Below, piece by piece: positions 12,257 through 24,670 of a stretch of 64,000 bases of DNA. This stretch comes from Vicugna vicugna (lineage: Eukaryota): assembly GCA_013265495.1 (NCBI GenBank), contig MU058669.1:248001-312000 (forward strand). The letters run 5' to 3'. Each line of letters opens with the position of its first letter. Within the stretch, counting starts at the first letter, position 1. The notes below the pieces were generated by a model. That model was not told where the DNA came from. It worked only from the letters and a program-made list of their open reading frames with translations, and did not search any database. The translations under genes were made by a program, and so were the position numbers.

Positions 12257-12754
12257 CTGCAGAAGCCAAGAGATGCCCATTAGGGAGGCAGGATGGGGGA
12301 GCAGCTATGTGCATGACTCTACTCTGCAACTTACATTTTTAACACATTCTCTGGGTGATTTCTCTGAACACATGAGTCGGAGAATCCATGAGGCAGGACG
12401 AGCACAAGCTTTAAGCAACATGGACCAGGGCTCCTAGCGCATCCTGCCGGCTGTGAGGGGGCGCTGGGCCAGCTGCATAAATGACGTCTCTGAGCCCCAG
12501 CGTTTTCCTCTGTGAAATGGGGAGCAGAGGCCCTGGTCGCAGGAGTACTGGGTACAGCAATGTTTGAAGGTTAGCACAGGTGCCTGCCACACGCAGCACT
12601 GCTACGGAAGGACAGATCCACTTCCTTCTGGGGGCCCCTGCAGCCAGGCACCCCAGCACTTGTCCCTCACGGCAGGCCGCCTGCCCCTGGCAGCTCCCCC
12701 ACGCCTCCTGGCTGCCGTCAGAGAACAAGTGGGCTTCCTTGTGAGAGTCCAGCT

Positions 12755-12950
12755 CACTTTTTCCAACGGTCAGAACTTCTGAAGAGGGAATGGAATAGAC
12801 TATCCCACGAGCTCTTCAGGACTGGAGGTGCGCCAGCAGGGCCTGGCAGACCCCTGCCCTGCAGGAAGGCTGCAGGCTCGGGGATTCAAGATGGCAAATG
12901 GGAGTCTTCACCTAGATGGCTCTACATCCCTTTCAAGCCAGGGAGAGGCT
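12755..12950 (+). mobile_element. CR1/L3 LINE 3' fragment
   Basis: actttttccaacggtcagaact…ggaatgga…actggaggtg…agcagggcctgg…cctagatggctct…ccctttcaa resembles the L3 3' end. Confidence 0.5.
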
Positions 12951-13261
12951 GACTCTATACAATTCAGTCCGCCCTTCAGTGTGCCTCCTGCCAAGAAGCC
13001 CTGACTACATGCGGGAGGTGCCAGCGACTGAGGCAGATGATCTGCTGTGAGGGACATGTGGGTGATGCTGGGGTGCCTGGCTGCTTGAGCCAGGAGTCAA
13101 GTTCAAGACTTGCAATGGGGAGCCTGGTAGGGCCAGTGTAGGCTAGCAGCTGCCCAGGGCCCAGGCTTCGTCAAACTACAGCAGATTCTTCTGCCAGGAG
13201 AGAAAGCAGCCATTTTGTCTTTTTCTAAACTGCAAGTCACGATCCACAGGAGGGTCATGAA

Positions 13262-13263
<2 letters not shown>

Positions 13264-13295
<32 letters not shown>
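13264..13295. repeat. (TG)16 microsatellite, inside a degraded hAT-type MITE (about 13218-13476)
   Basis: Perfect TG run seen directly. The flanks resemble the element at about 27240-27447 in opposite orientation. Confidence 0.9.
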
Positions 13296-13299
<4 letters not shown>

Positions 13300-14792
13300 T
13301 AATGAAGCAGGAAAGAATACTGAATGGCAGGGTGCATTCTAGGTGATAAGAGAAAGCACTGTTTCAGGAAATGTGTTCCAATCACTCTGCAGCAGAGTGT
13401 GCACTTGTGCAGTGGACTGACCTGTCCAGTGTATTTCTGACTGTGGCACACAATCAAAAAAGTCTGGGAAATGCTGCCTCGTGGACAGGCTCCTTAGGGA
13501 TTCTAAAGGAAGCTGAAGAATCTTCCCAGGGAAAGCTTTAGAAATGGGCCTCCCTTCCTAATTATTCATGGCCATGTCGGGGGGTTCACTTCCAGGGAGG
13601 GTGTGGGCTGAGGACACAGTCCTCTGCTGGATGCTGGCTGATTGTGAGAGGTGTGATGTCAATGGGGTGGCATCAGAGAGGCAGCATTCCACAGGGCTGT
13701 ACTCACTGGGGGAACAGAACGCCCAGGTGCAAACCCTGGTTCTGTCACCTACTAACAGTATAGTCTTGGACAAGGTTATTTGATGCCCCTGAACCTGGCT
13801 TCCTGGCCAACAAAATAGAGGGAGGGAGATACCACCTATCTCATGGGGCTTCTGTGAAGACTAAGTGGGACCAATTGGGCCACAATGCTCGAGCATGTGA
13901 CCAGCCCTCTGACCACAGTCTCTGTGCCCGAGATTGCTGAAAGCAGCTCTGAAAGGAGTTGGAAAGCTGAGCATCCCCCTCGATCTCTCTGCCCTTCAGT
14001 TTTCTCAGTTGCAATATGTGGATAATAATGCCTGGCCTGTCTGTTTTATCACATCAAAAGTGGCCTAAAAAGCTAAGGGACTAGCAGAGCCATGATGATG
14101 ATGGTGGTGGTGAAGGTGGAGATGAAGAAAATGATGGCCAACAGTGGCCCTCCTTTGGGAGGGCTGCCGAGATCCGTCTCAGGCTCAGAAATGCCTGCTC
14201 TCCAAGGAAGGCAGAGTGAGTTGTGCTTGGAGGTGCTCATGGTTTCAGAGACAAAAAGCCATGATGGGCTCATATGAGCAGGGACAAACTTTCATATCTA
14301 CACCACTGGTTCACATTTCCAGTGGAAAAAGGGGGAAAAAAAGGAGGAAGGCTGTTTCTTCCATGTATGTCTGCAGATTATGAAAATTACCCTCGTACAT
14401 TACCATAGAAACAGAGTTCAGGCTGTTTGGGCTACAAGCTCGGCCTCAGGTACTACCATTTCATTCTCTTTATGAGTCACTGAGTGACCCACCAAATGGG
14501 ATATTCCTTCAGGACTATAAATTAGGCGACTTATAGTGAGGTTTTTCCCCTTTCTGTTCTCTTTCAGTAATGAGGGGCAGATGTGGAAGAGCTCTTGGTT
14601 TAATTAAATAGTTTGCCAGAAAATCTGTTTTACCCTTTTCCTGACCCAGGGGTATGCTGGGCCCTTAAAATCAAAAACATAATTTAACACTAAAGATCCA
14701 TACTGATCTGTGTTAGGAAACACATTTGCTGAGTTATCCCATGAGCCTGGGTAGTTTTGCTTTCTCTCCTCACTTCTGAATGGTGGCCTAAC

Positions 14793-14968
14793 CAGTGCTT
14801 CCTGAAGTGTAGTCCCGGGGCCAGCAGCACTGGCCTCACCTGGGGGCTGTGAGGAATGCAGCCTCTCAGGCCCCATCCTGGAACTCCTGAGTCAGAAACT
14901 CAGGAGTGGGGCCAGCACTCTGGGTTTTAACAAGTCTGCTAGGTGATTCTGATAACCCTCAAGTTTGC
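14793..14968. mobile_element. MER5A hAT MITE
   Basis: cagtgcttcctgaagtgtagtccc…ccagcagca…cacctggg…aatgcag…ctcaggcccca…tcagaaactc…ttttaacaag…aggtgattctgat…caagtttg. Confidence 0.85.
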
Positions 14969-15360
14969 CCTAAACTCGAGTCCTCTTTGCTCCCTAAGCT
15001 TTTTGTTAGGAAGAGTGTTCCCATCCATTTTTAAGGTGTTTCCTTTTCTCCGTGGATTGATAGATCTTCCCCCATCTGCCTCATCTCTGTCCCTCACCTG
15101 ACTCCCAGTCCCAGTAGAACATTTCCTCTTTGCTCTCCACCTGTCAGCAGCAGCTCACTGCCTTCATCAAAGCTGAACGCCTCAAGATTCAGACCTGGTT
15201 CTTCAAACCAGCCACGAGGCACCTCACTGCCCAGCATCCAGTCCTCATGTCTCCCTTCTGCCCACAAGGCTATGGTGGGTGACTCCTGGATCACGCTGCC
15301 CTCTGTCAAGATCCCCTCCCTGCCAGCTGGCAGCAACTCTCTGAAGAGGAAGTGAATTTA

Positions 15361-15595
15361 GGGAGGCAGTGTGGAATCGTCAAAGAGGAAAGACTTTGGA
15401 GTCAGACAGATGGTGACTTTGACACTTGTGCCCCAAGGGAACAAGTGAATCACTCCGTATCTCTGAACTTCAGTTTCTTCCACTATAAAAAGGGGAGACT
15501 TCTGGACCTGGAATAGCTTTATGAGAATGAGAGATACAGATTCTAACCTTCCCGGCTCACTGGAGCAGGGCAGTGAATAAGTGCTCTAAGTAGAC
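15361..15595 (+). mobile_element. MIR SINE
   Basis: gactttggagtcagacaga…tctctgaacttcagtttcttccactataaaaagggga. Confidence 0.7.
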
Positions 15596-15968
15596 ATGAT
15601 GGACATGATAATGTCCCCTACTATTTGGCTCTTGGCAGTAGACAGCCTTGGCTTGCTTTCCAATGACACTTGAAATAACCTAGGGGAAACAATCGTGTCA
15701 CTGGACACGAATGTGCTTTATGACTCTGGGCAAGTCACTTTCCCTCTCAGCTTCCTCCCCTGAAAAATGAAGGGACAGGACTGAATGGGTTTTTAAGGTT
15801 GCTTTGAGCACTCCTGAAGATCTGACACCTCGTGGTGACTGGCACTGTGCTGGCTGCATCTCAAGCACACAAGGGAAGGCTTGAGGGTGACTCCCGGAGG
15901 GAGGCGGGGGCTGGGGGTGGGGCTGGCTTACTGCAGGCCGCCTACCTCACCTTGCGAGCCTCCCTTAC

Positions 15969-16154
15969 CGAGCAAGGGGGGAAGCCAGTTGACGTTGGCT
16001 TCACAGTGTGAGTCCAAGAATGTGATGACATCCCCAGTTGCTGCTGAGGCCCCCAGCATCCGGGTCCTTATCAGTCCTTCCCGTTTCTTGGTTCGGAGAA
16101 TCCTCACACTGGGGAAAAGGGCCATGTAGTCTTCGAGGGGCTTCTTTAGGTGCT
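15969..16154 (-). CDS. GALNT10: GALNT10 internal coding exon (about exon 5), 186 nt, GT-A catalytic domain with the DxH metal-binding motif
   Basis: Translates as (E)[61 protein letters not shown](D). Acceptor is ttctccccaacAG|AG and donor is TCG|GTAAGG; phase 1 to phase 1. Matches recalled GALNT10 rather than paralog GALNTL6. Confidence 0.97.
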
Positions 16155-16406
16155 CTGTTGGGGAGAAAGAAGGGGACAGAGGGACAGATGGGTAAGAACA
16201 GATGCTGAGTAACCAATCTTGTGATCCCTTCTTTACATGTACACTGGACTTCACAGTTTAGACGCAGCTTTTCTGGTACTGTCTCATCGGACCTCTCAGA
16301 TAGGGCCAAGAAGGGCAGGAATCATCACCTGTGTGCTGCGAAGGGGGAAGCTGAAGCTTGAAGAGGTCCGGTGTTAGTGTCAGACCTGGAACACAGAGAG
16401 ATCTTC

Positions 16407-17010
16407 TGTACAAGGGAGTTGGGCTGTGGTTTATGCCTGGCTGGGACCCATTCCTTCATTTTGGGCAACAATACTCTGATTTTTCTTTGGGAAACTGCCC
16501 CTCCCCTTCTCAGTCCATCAGACTTGGGTGGGCCTGACCCCATCTCCTGGTTCCCAGGGGGAGGACCACATAGCTTGGGCCTGCCCATTCAGGGTATCCC
16601 ATTCCCTTGGCCACAGTGATTGGCTCAGGGATGGCCATGTGACCTGAGTTGGTCCAAATAATGAATCCTGATCATTTGTTTCAGAACTACTGAAAAATGA
16701 AGCCCTTTCTTCTTAGAGTTGCTAGGTTGGTTGGCCAGAAGCCTGGAGCTGCTCATGACCTCTTCAGAAAACGAAGGGGATGAGAGGTAGTGGGAGGATC
16801 TGCTGAGAGTGAAGTTAAACATGAAAGAAGAGTCAAGAGATAGAGAGAGACATTATCCTGATAACATTTTGATTCCCCAGATCCCCCTGTGTCTCAAGCA
16901 GACAGACTCCTAGATGTTCTTATTACACGTGACAACCAATTCTAATTCCTCTTTTTGCTTATTCTGATGTAGGCTGGGTTTCTGGCCCATGCCTAGATAA
17001 GTTCTTCTAA
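16407..17010 (+). mobile_element. ERVL-MaLR LTR (MLT1K-like)
   Basis: cccattcccttggccacagtgattggctcagggatggccatgtgacctgagttggtccaa…gcctggagctgct…ctttttgctta…gctgggtttctg. Confidence 0.7.
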
Positions 17011-17117
17011 ATAAATCTCAAAGACAATCTCTTTCTGCTAAAATGCCAGCCTTAACGTTGGTGTCTCTTGATATTAATCAGGGTTGGGACCCTTTATAAA
17101 AACTCTAGTGTGGCTAC

Positions 17118-20100
17118 AAAAACCCCCTATAGTTTATATCATACTTAATGGAGAAATATTGAATGCTTTTCTCCTATGATGAGGAGAAAGGCTGTATACT
17201 CTCTGACCACTTCAAAATTGTCCCAGGATTCCTAGCCAGAGCAAATGGCAGAACAAAGAAATAAAAGGCATAGATCCTGGAGAGTAAAAGGCAGCAGTGT
17301 TTTTAATTGTAGATGACATGATTGTTTACACAGAAAAATCTTAAGAAATTTAAAAGAAACTAGAACTAACAGGTAAACTTAGCAAGATTTCAGGAGCCAG
17401 GCCACTATTTAAAGATCAATTGTATTTCTTCAGACTAGCAAATAAGAAAGCAATTGAAAAATGCAATTAAAATGGTAAAAGTACCATTTACAAGTCAACA
17501 AAGGAAGTACAAAATGTATACTCTGAAAACTACAAAACAGTGTTGAAAGAAATGAACAACTGAAATTAATGGAGAGATAGTCCACGTTCATGGATCTGAT
17601 GACTTCATGTTTAGATGGCAATACCACCTATGTTGATCTACAGACTCAATGTGATCAAAATCACAGCTGGCTTCTTTGCAGAAACTGACAACTGAGAAGC
17701 TGACCCTAAAATTTACGGAAATGCAAGGAATCAAGGGATCCAGAATACCTAAAAAACCTTTTGATTACTTATACATGAACATTCATAGCAACACTATTCA
17801 TAATAGCCAAATGGTGGAAATAACCCAAATTTCCATCACCTCATAGGCAGATAAACAAATGTGGAATATATCCATACAATGGAATATTACTCAGCCAAAA
17901 AAGGAATGAAGTACTGACATGGGCCATAATGTAGATGAACCTAGAAAACATTATATTAAGGTAAAAGAGGCCAGACACAAAAGGTCTGATATTATATCAC
18001 TCAATTTGTATGAAATTCCACAGAGACAGAAAGCAGATCAGTGATTACCATGAAATGGGGTGAAGGGGATAGAGAGTGACTACTTAGTAAGTATGGGGTT
18101 TCCTTCTGGCGTGGTAAAAATATTTTGCGACTAGATAGAGGTGATGGTTGCACAACATTGTGAATGTGCCAAATGCCAATGAATCTTTTACTTTAACATA
18201 GTATTGTATATTTTAACATGGTTAATTTTAAAAAATGGGTAAAGGATATGAATAGGCACTTCTCCAAAAGAATATACACAAATGGCCAATAAACACATGA
18301 AAAGATGCTCAACATCACCAGTCACCAGGGAAATATAAATCAAAACCACAATGAGATACTACTTCACATCCACTAGGATGGCTATAATGAAAAAGTCAGA
18401 TAACAACAAGAATTCTCATACACTGTAGGTGAGAATGTAAAATGATGCAGCCACTTTGGAATATGGTCTGGCAGTTCCTCAAACAGCTGAACAGTTGCCA
18501 CATAACCCAGCAATTCTACTCCGAGGTATACACTCAAGAGAAATGAAAATATACGTCTGCAAATAAACTTGTACACTAATGTTCATAGCAGCAATATTCA
18601 TAATATACCCTATTTAAAAATCAAATCATCCAAATATCCACCAACTGATGAATGGATAAACAAAATGAAGTACATCCATGCAGTGGAAATACAATTCAGC
18701 AATGAAAAAATAAAAAGCAAAAAGAATGAGCTATTGCAATAATATGGACGAACCTGAGAAACAGTATGCTGGGTTAAAGAGGTCAGACACAACAGAACAA
18801 GACATTATCTGATTCTATTTATGAGAAATTTCTAGGAAGGCAGAACTAGAGACAGAAAGAAAATCAGTGGTTTCCTGGAGCTGGGATGGGAGTGAGGACT
18901 GACTGCAAAAAGGCAAAAGGGAACTTTTTGGAGTGTTGGAAATATTCTAAAGCTGGATTATGGTGACAGTTTCATAACTGTATACACTCAGTTAAAAACA
19001 CGTTGAACTGCAGGCTTAAAATGAGTGATTTTTATGATCTAAATTATATCTCAATAAGGTTGTTAAATTCTTAAAAAAAAGAAAGAAAAAATCAATTGTA
19101 TTTCTATATACTGCCAAAGAACAAGTGGAAAGTACAATAAAATAGCATTTATAATAGCCTCATATAGATAAAGACCCAAATAAATGGAGAGATAAATCAT
19201 ACATCTACATTAGAATATTCCATATTGACTTCTGATGTGACTTCCTCAAACTGATCTATGGAATCAATGCAATCACAATAAAATCACAGCAAACTTTTTG
19301 AAATTGACAACTTACTCAAAAGATTTCTATGGAAATGCAAAGGACCTAGAATAGTCAAAACAACCTTGAAAAAGAACAACAAAATTGCTAAACAATGTAA
19401 GTCAGAGAGAGAAAGGCAAATATGGTATGATTTCACTTGTATGTGGAAACTTAAAAAAAAAAAAAGAATAAATGAACAAACAAAACAAAACAAACACAGA
19501 TACAGAGAGCAGACTGGAAGTTACCAGACGGGAAGGAGAGTGGGGTGAAGGCAAAGTGGGTAAAGGAGGTCACCTGGGTGGTGACTGATGGTGACTAAAC
19601 TTTTGGTAGTGAGCATGCTGTAGTGTGTACAGAAGTCGAAATACATGTATACATGAAACTTATATATTGTTATAAATTAATGTTATCTCAATGAAAAAAA
19701 AACACACCCATGGAAAGAATAAGAACAAACGTTTCATAGTAGCGTTATTCATAGTAGTCCCAAACTAGAAACAACTTCAATGTCCATCAACAGGTGAATG
19801 GATAAACAGATCATGGTAGAGTCACACAATAGATTCCTACTCAGCAAAAAAAGAAAAAGAATTTGATACATCCAACCACATGGGTGAACTTCGAATTTAT
19901 TATGTTGGACCAAGGTGGCCAGACACAAGAAAGAACCCAGTGTACGGTTTATTTAAAGTTCATCAACAGCCAGAACGATCTGTGAGGACAGAATTAAGAA
20001 CACTGTTTGCCCATGGGGTTGAGGACTAACTAGAGGGAACACGAGGACACTTTCTAGGAAGAGGCAACTCCTCTGTCTTGACTGGGGTGTTGGCTTCCCA

Positions 20101-20180
20101 AGTATACACGTTTGTTAAACCTCATGGAATTATATACTTGCATTTTTTCACTGTTTGTAACTTTCACCTCAATTAAAAAA
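17118..20180 (+). mobile_element. Cluster of about six old L1M fragments (ORF2 remnants and several 3' UTR ends), all antisense to GALNT10
   Basis: ORF2-like DNA (atcatacttaatggagaaa…gatgacatgattgttta…; atcaattgtatttct occurs twice) and at least four distinct 3' ends (about 18230, 19080, 19700, 20180). No intact ORF. Confidence 0.85.
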
Positions 20181-21019
20181 AATACCAATCAAAACACATA
20201 TTCATTCTCTCTCTCTCTCGGCTGGGAAAGGTAAAGTGTAGTGGGAGTGTCACTGACTGGAGAACTGGGCTGTACTGCCACCTCTGGCATAGTGAGCCCA
20301 TCCCTGGGCCACAATCCTGTCTCTGGATCAGAAGGTCTTCAGGGGCTGTGGGCCAGGATTCTTGGGAGCTCAGGTTGTAGGTGACTGGAACAGCTGGGCT
20401 CTCCACTCTTGCCAGCCCCTGGGGTGCTCCATCACCTTCCCTAACCCAAGCCCTGAACCCTGCTCTGAATTCACTCCAACAGCGGTGAAAGCTGGAAGGG
20501 CCCCTCTACATCAGGGGCTGTGGCTGAATCACCTGATAAGCTGGCTGTAAATTCAGCTGCCTGGGCATCCTCCCGGGCGAGTGTGATTGGGTAGACCGAA
20601 GGCAGCATCAGTATCTTTGGTTTTATTTGATTGACAGGTAATTCTGATCCATTGGAGTGGTTCAGTCTCTCCATTTTATAGACAGAAAGCTAAGGTCCAG
20701 AGAAGAGAAGGGCCTGCCTTTGGCGTGTAGTTAACAGCAAGGCCCAGTTGCCCTGGCTGCTTGATCCAGAGCCCACTGAACCTTTCTTTTCTCTAACCCT
20801 GTATAGAAATGAACCAGTTTCACTGGTAAAGCAGATTACGACTTGCAAAGGAACTTCACGTATTTTATTTCCCTTGATTCACAAAAATCATACTGTCTTA
20901 GGCTTCTCCCATTTAACAGAGGAGAAAACTGATGTTCAGAGAAGCTAAGAAACTCACCCGAAGTCACACAGCCAGTAAATTGCTAGGTTCTCTGTAGAAA
21001 CATGAGGCTTTCCTCTCTC

Positions 21020-21667
21020 TAGTTGTGTTTTCCCAACATCTCACCATCATATACTATTGGCATGATTTTTGCCACTTCCACCTACCTTATTACAATTTAC
21101 TTACGGTTTTTTTTTAAGTCAACTCACTTCTTGAAATTTTTTTTATTAAAAACAGTTTTTGTGGGGTAATTAGGTTTATTTATTTATTATTTTTTAATAG
21201 AGGTACCGGGGATTGAACCCAGGACTCTGTGCATGCTAAACATGACCTCATCTCAACTGGATGACACTTTTCTCACTATTTTTAAATTAAAATTTTTACG
21301 TACTTAAACTTATTTTAAAAGGGAACATTAAACACCATAAATCAGTACCATTTGTGATAAAGAGCTGATAAATTAAAAAAACCCAAACAAGTAAGAATAC
21401 AGCGATGTTGTTAGATTTTAGCCAGATCCTCCTGCCTCCCCACAGCTGGAAGCTTAAGGTCTGCGCCTGTCTTTGTCAAGAAGGGAGATATGGGCAACCC
21501 AGCGAGACTTTCCATCTGAGGTCATCAGAGGACGCCAAGGAGCTGAAAAGAGAAAGTGGTCTCTCCCCATGAGTCAGTGTTGCTTAATGCAAATTCTGAG
21601 CCACCTGAGATCACGTCAGGTACCACTTAAAATCACTTGTGTGCTCACGCACTTAGGGAAACACTGC
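21020..21667. mobile_element. hAT-Charlie-type DNA transposon remnant, interrupted by a SINE
   Basis: Ends are tgtgttttcccaa… and …ttagggaaacactg, a Charlie-like terminal inverted repeat (TIR), with an AT-rich interior. Confidence 0.5.
21131..21271 (-). mobile_element. vic-1-like camelid tRNA-Ala-derived SINE, degraded 5' end
   Basis: ggggtaattaggtttatttattt…tttaatagaggtaccggggattgaacccaggactctgtgcatgcta is the reverse complement of the element at 44579. Confidence 0.8.
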
Positions 21668-22882
21668 TCCCGACACTTAAGTGTCCAGAAACTACTGCGA
21701 GATGAGGTGTGTTTTGTGCTGTATTGTCTGGCCTCTTGCAAGTCGGAGCAATTAAAAGATGGAGGAAAGATTATCTCCATGTATACAACCTGAGGCTGGA
21801 AGGCTGAAAAATACTCCGGGCTGCCTCCTTGCTGGCTCGCAAAGATTAATATGGCATCTCCTGCCCTTCCCCGCTTCTCTTTGGAACAGTGGCTCTGGAG
21901 AGAGCAGAAATCAATTTGCCCTAATTGAGGGACTAAATCTTTCCAAAAGAGACTTTCTTGGGCAGCGAGACAAGATAGCAAGAGGCATGATCACGCTCCA
22001 GATAGGCTGCTGTTCAGGCAGGAACACTATCTTAAAAGGAAGAAAAGAAAATCCATAGTCATTGTCTGTGACCAGTGCTTCTTCTTGGCCTGGTTCAACT
22101 AGTAGGTCATTAACATGGGCATAAGATTATCTCCTGTACCACACACCACTACTCCTGTCAGAGGGAGAAATATCGCCCGTCCGGCTCTAATCACTGAGGG
22201 CCCCGCTTGGGCAGAGCCCCATCACTAAATCACCCCGAATGCAGATGGCCGCAGTCATTACAGATGGACCAATTAAGGCCTTTTGACAGCTTGTGGCAAA
22301 GTCGGCACAATTATTTAGGGGCAATTATGCTCTTCCTGTCCTTATTAGAAAGAACATTTACACAAAATCAGGGCTGTTGCCTTATTTTACCACGCTGTTT
22401 TCTTGGATGAGGACATTCCGTAAAGTCACAGAATTTTAGAGCTGGAAGGGACTTTGGATGAAGATGATGATGGTTATGATGATGGCAATTATCGGGAACA
22501 GTTACTGAGGCCCTGCTCACCCACGGAGCTCTCTGCTTTACATACATAATCTTGGTCGCCTGCAACACCACTACCAATGAGGGATTACGGCGTTATACAG
22601 AAGACACCATGAGGCTCAGAGACAGCAGTGAAGCTGCCCAAGGCACAGTTTATAAATGATGAAGCAACAAGGTCTAACACCCTTGCTGCCCGACTGTAAA
22701 AGAGTGGGCTCTTCTGACTGCACCAAACCCCACTTCTGCCTCACTTCCATCAGTCCGTCCATTCTACCCAGAGAGGACCAGGGAGGGCCAGAGAAGTTAA
22801 ATGTCTTGCCCAGAATCGTACTGTGAGTCTGTGACACAGCATTTTCCAGTCTGGGATTTTCCCCAGCTTCACAAGCCTGAGG

Positions 22883-23077
22883 GCAGGGGACAGCAAATAG
22901 GCTTCATGGAACTGCCTGCATTGATGGGTTTGTAATGGATACCTAAAGCTGCGTTAAGAAAGACTCTGAGGCTCTATCCTGGCTCAGCATGAAAGTGCCA
23001 GGGCTGAGAAGAGATGTCTGCCCTGAAGACGCAGGGAGGCAGCAGCCCTCATGCCACATACGCACCATACCCATTCC
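22883..23077. mobile_element. hAT MITE (MER117/MER102-like); a related inverted fragment lies at about 4870-4935
   Basis: caggggacagcaaataggcttcat…ctctgaggct…ggctcagc…gatgtctgcc. Confidence 0.55.
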
Positions 23078-23428
23078 AGGGGCTGCTCTGATTGTAAAGC
23101 AATAAAGAACCGCTTTTGCCCTAATTACCCCTAATTTAATGATGAGTCAGAGCGACCTAATAAGGGGTGAGGTCGATTCTGAAGGTGAGCCCCCATCAGG
23201 GTAAGTTCTGGTGTTACTGGAGAGGAAACTGAGGCTCAGGAAAGGGAAGGGCCTGCCCCAAATCTCTCAGCCACTGAGGCCTGAGAGAGGACTAGAACCC
23301 AGGGCTGGGCTTCGGGGTTCTCCCTGTGCACCCTCCCTGGGAACTGCAGCCCTCCCAGTTCCCACTGAGGACCCTGAGCGTGGTTCCACCTTGGGGGCTG
23401 CGGCACAAGGAGGTGCACTCCGAGGAGC

Positions 23429-23874
23429 TGCTGAGAGCTGAATTATGTCCCCTTCAAAAGACGTGTCAAAGACCCAGCCCCTAGTACTGAGGAATGTGAT
23501 CTTACTTGGAAACAGTGTCTTTGCAGATGTCATCCAGCTGAGATGAGGTCATACCGGTTTAGGGTGCACCCTAACCCCATGACTGGCATCCTTTATAAGA
23601 AAAAGGACATATGGATACACAAGGAGAAGGCCATGTGATCCCAAAGGCAGCGACTGGAGTGAGGTGCCTACATGTCACGAAAGACTAGGGACTGTGGCAA
23701 CGCCAGAAGCTAGGGAGAGGCCAGGTGGGACCCTTTCCTAGAACCTGCAGAGCGAGTACGGCCCCACCGACACCTTGATTTCAGACTTCTCGAACTGTAA
23801 AAAATTAAACTTCTGTTGTTTTAAGCCACGTGGTTTGCCGTGCCTTGTTACGGCAGCCTGAGGACACTGAGACA
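23429..23874 (+). mobile_element. ERVL-MaLR LTR (MLT1C-like)
   Basis: TG…CA ends; gaatgtgatcttacttggaaacagtgtctttgcagatgt…gatgaggtcatac…ccagaagctag…caccttgatttcagacttc…ttctgttgttttaagccac…gttacggcagcc. Confidence 0.88.
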
Positions 23875-23944
23875 GAAGGATGAGGTTCTCACACACTGGC
23901 ATCATAAGAGGGACACGGCAAGAACACAGCCCTGGTCCAGACCA

Positions 23945-24615
23945 CTGCTGTCCCTTGTCTGGACCAGTGTAGTCCGTGGCCAACTGAAGTAGCCACAACT
24001 GCTGTCCCTGCTTCCACTTTCTCTGTCTTTAGTCTAGTCTGCATGTAGCAGTCCAGTGGGCTCTAAAAAGAGAAGTGAATTGCATCTTGACACCCTTGCA
24101 CTCTCTTGCTTAGGCCCTTCGATGGCTCCCCGTGGCTCTCGGAAGAAGGTTCCCAAGGATGACAGGCTGGATGTGGCTGGTCTTGCCCCCCTCCAGCCTC
24201 ATGTTGCCCCTCTGTTCCTTACTGCCCCCACCATGTCATCTTCTTTCAGGTGTCTAAAGGCCCCATGATGGCCCCTTCTGCCTCAGCATCTATGTCCAAG
24301 CCAGTCATTCTGCCTGGGTAGCCGAGGTCCTAAGCCCCTACACATATCCCCCTAGTCAACGCCTGCTCATTCTTCAGTTCTTGGTTCACATTTCAACTCC
24401 TCACTAAAGCTTTTCCTGACCTCCCAGACCTGGGTAGGTCCCTAGGGCAGGTGGCCACAGAGCCCTGGAACTTGTCCTTCACACCACTCAGCTCAGGTCA
24501 TGGTTCCATATCCGTGGAATTACTCTGTCTCCCTCCAGAGTAGTGACCGCTCTGCTCAGTGTATCCACCAATGCCTAGCGCAGGGCTGCAGGCGTCTGTG
24601 AATCCCTGCTGAATC
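23945..24615 (+). mobile_element. L2 3' fragment
   Basis: Pyrimidine-rich L2-like body ending …tgtatccaccaatgcctagcgcaggg…tgctgaat. Confidence 0.55.
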
Positions 24616-24642
24616 CACACACCTTCCTCCTCCACTGTTTCA

Positions 24643-24670
24643 TTTGATTTGATTTGATTCGATTTGATTT
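24643..24670. repeat. (ATTTG)n pentanucleotide microsatellite
   Basis: atttgatttgatttgattcgatttgatt seen directly. Confidence 0.8.
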
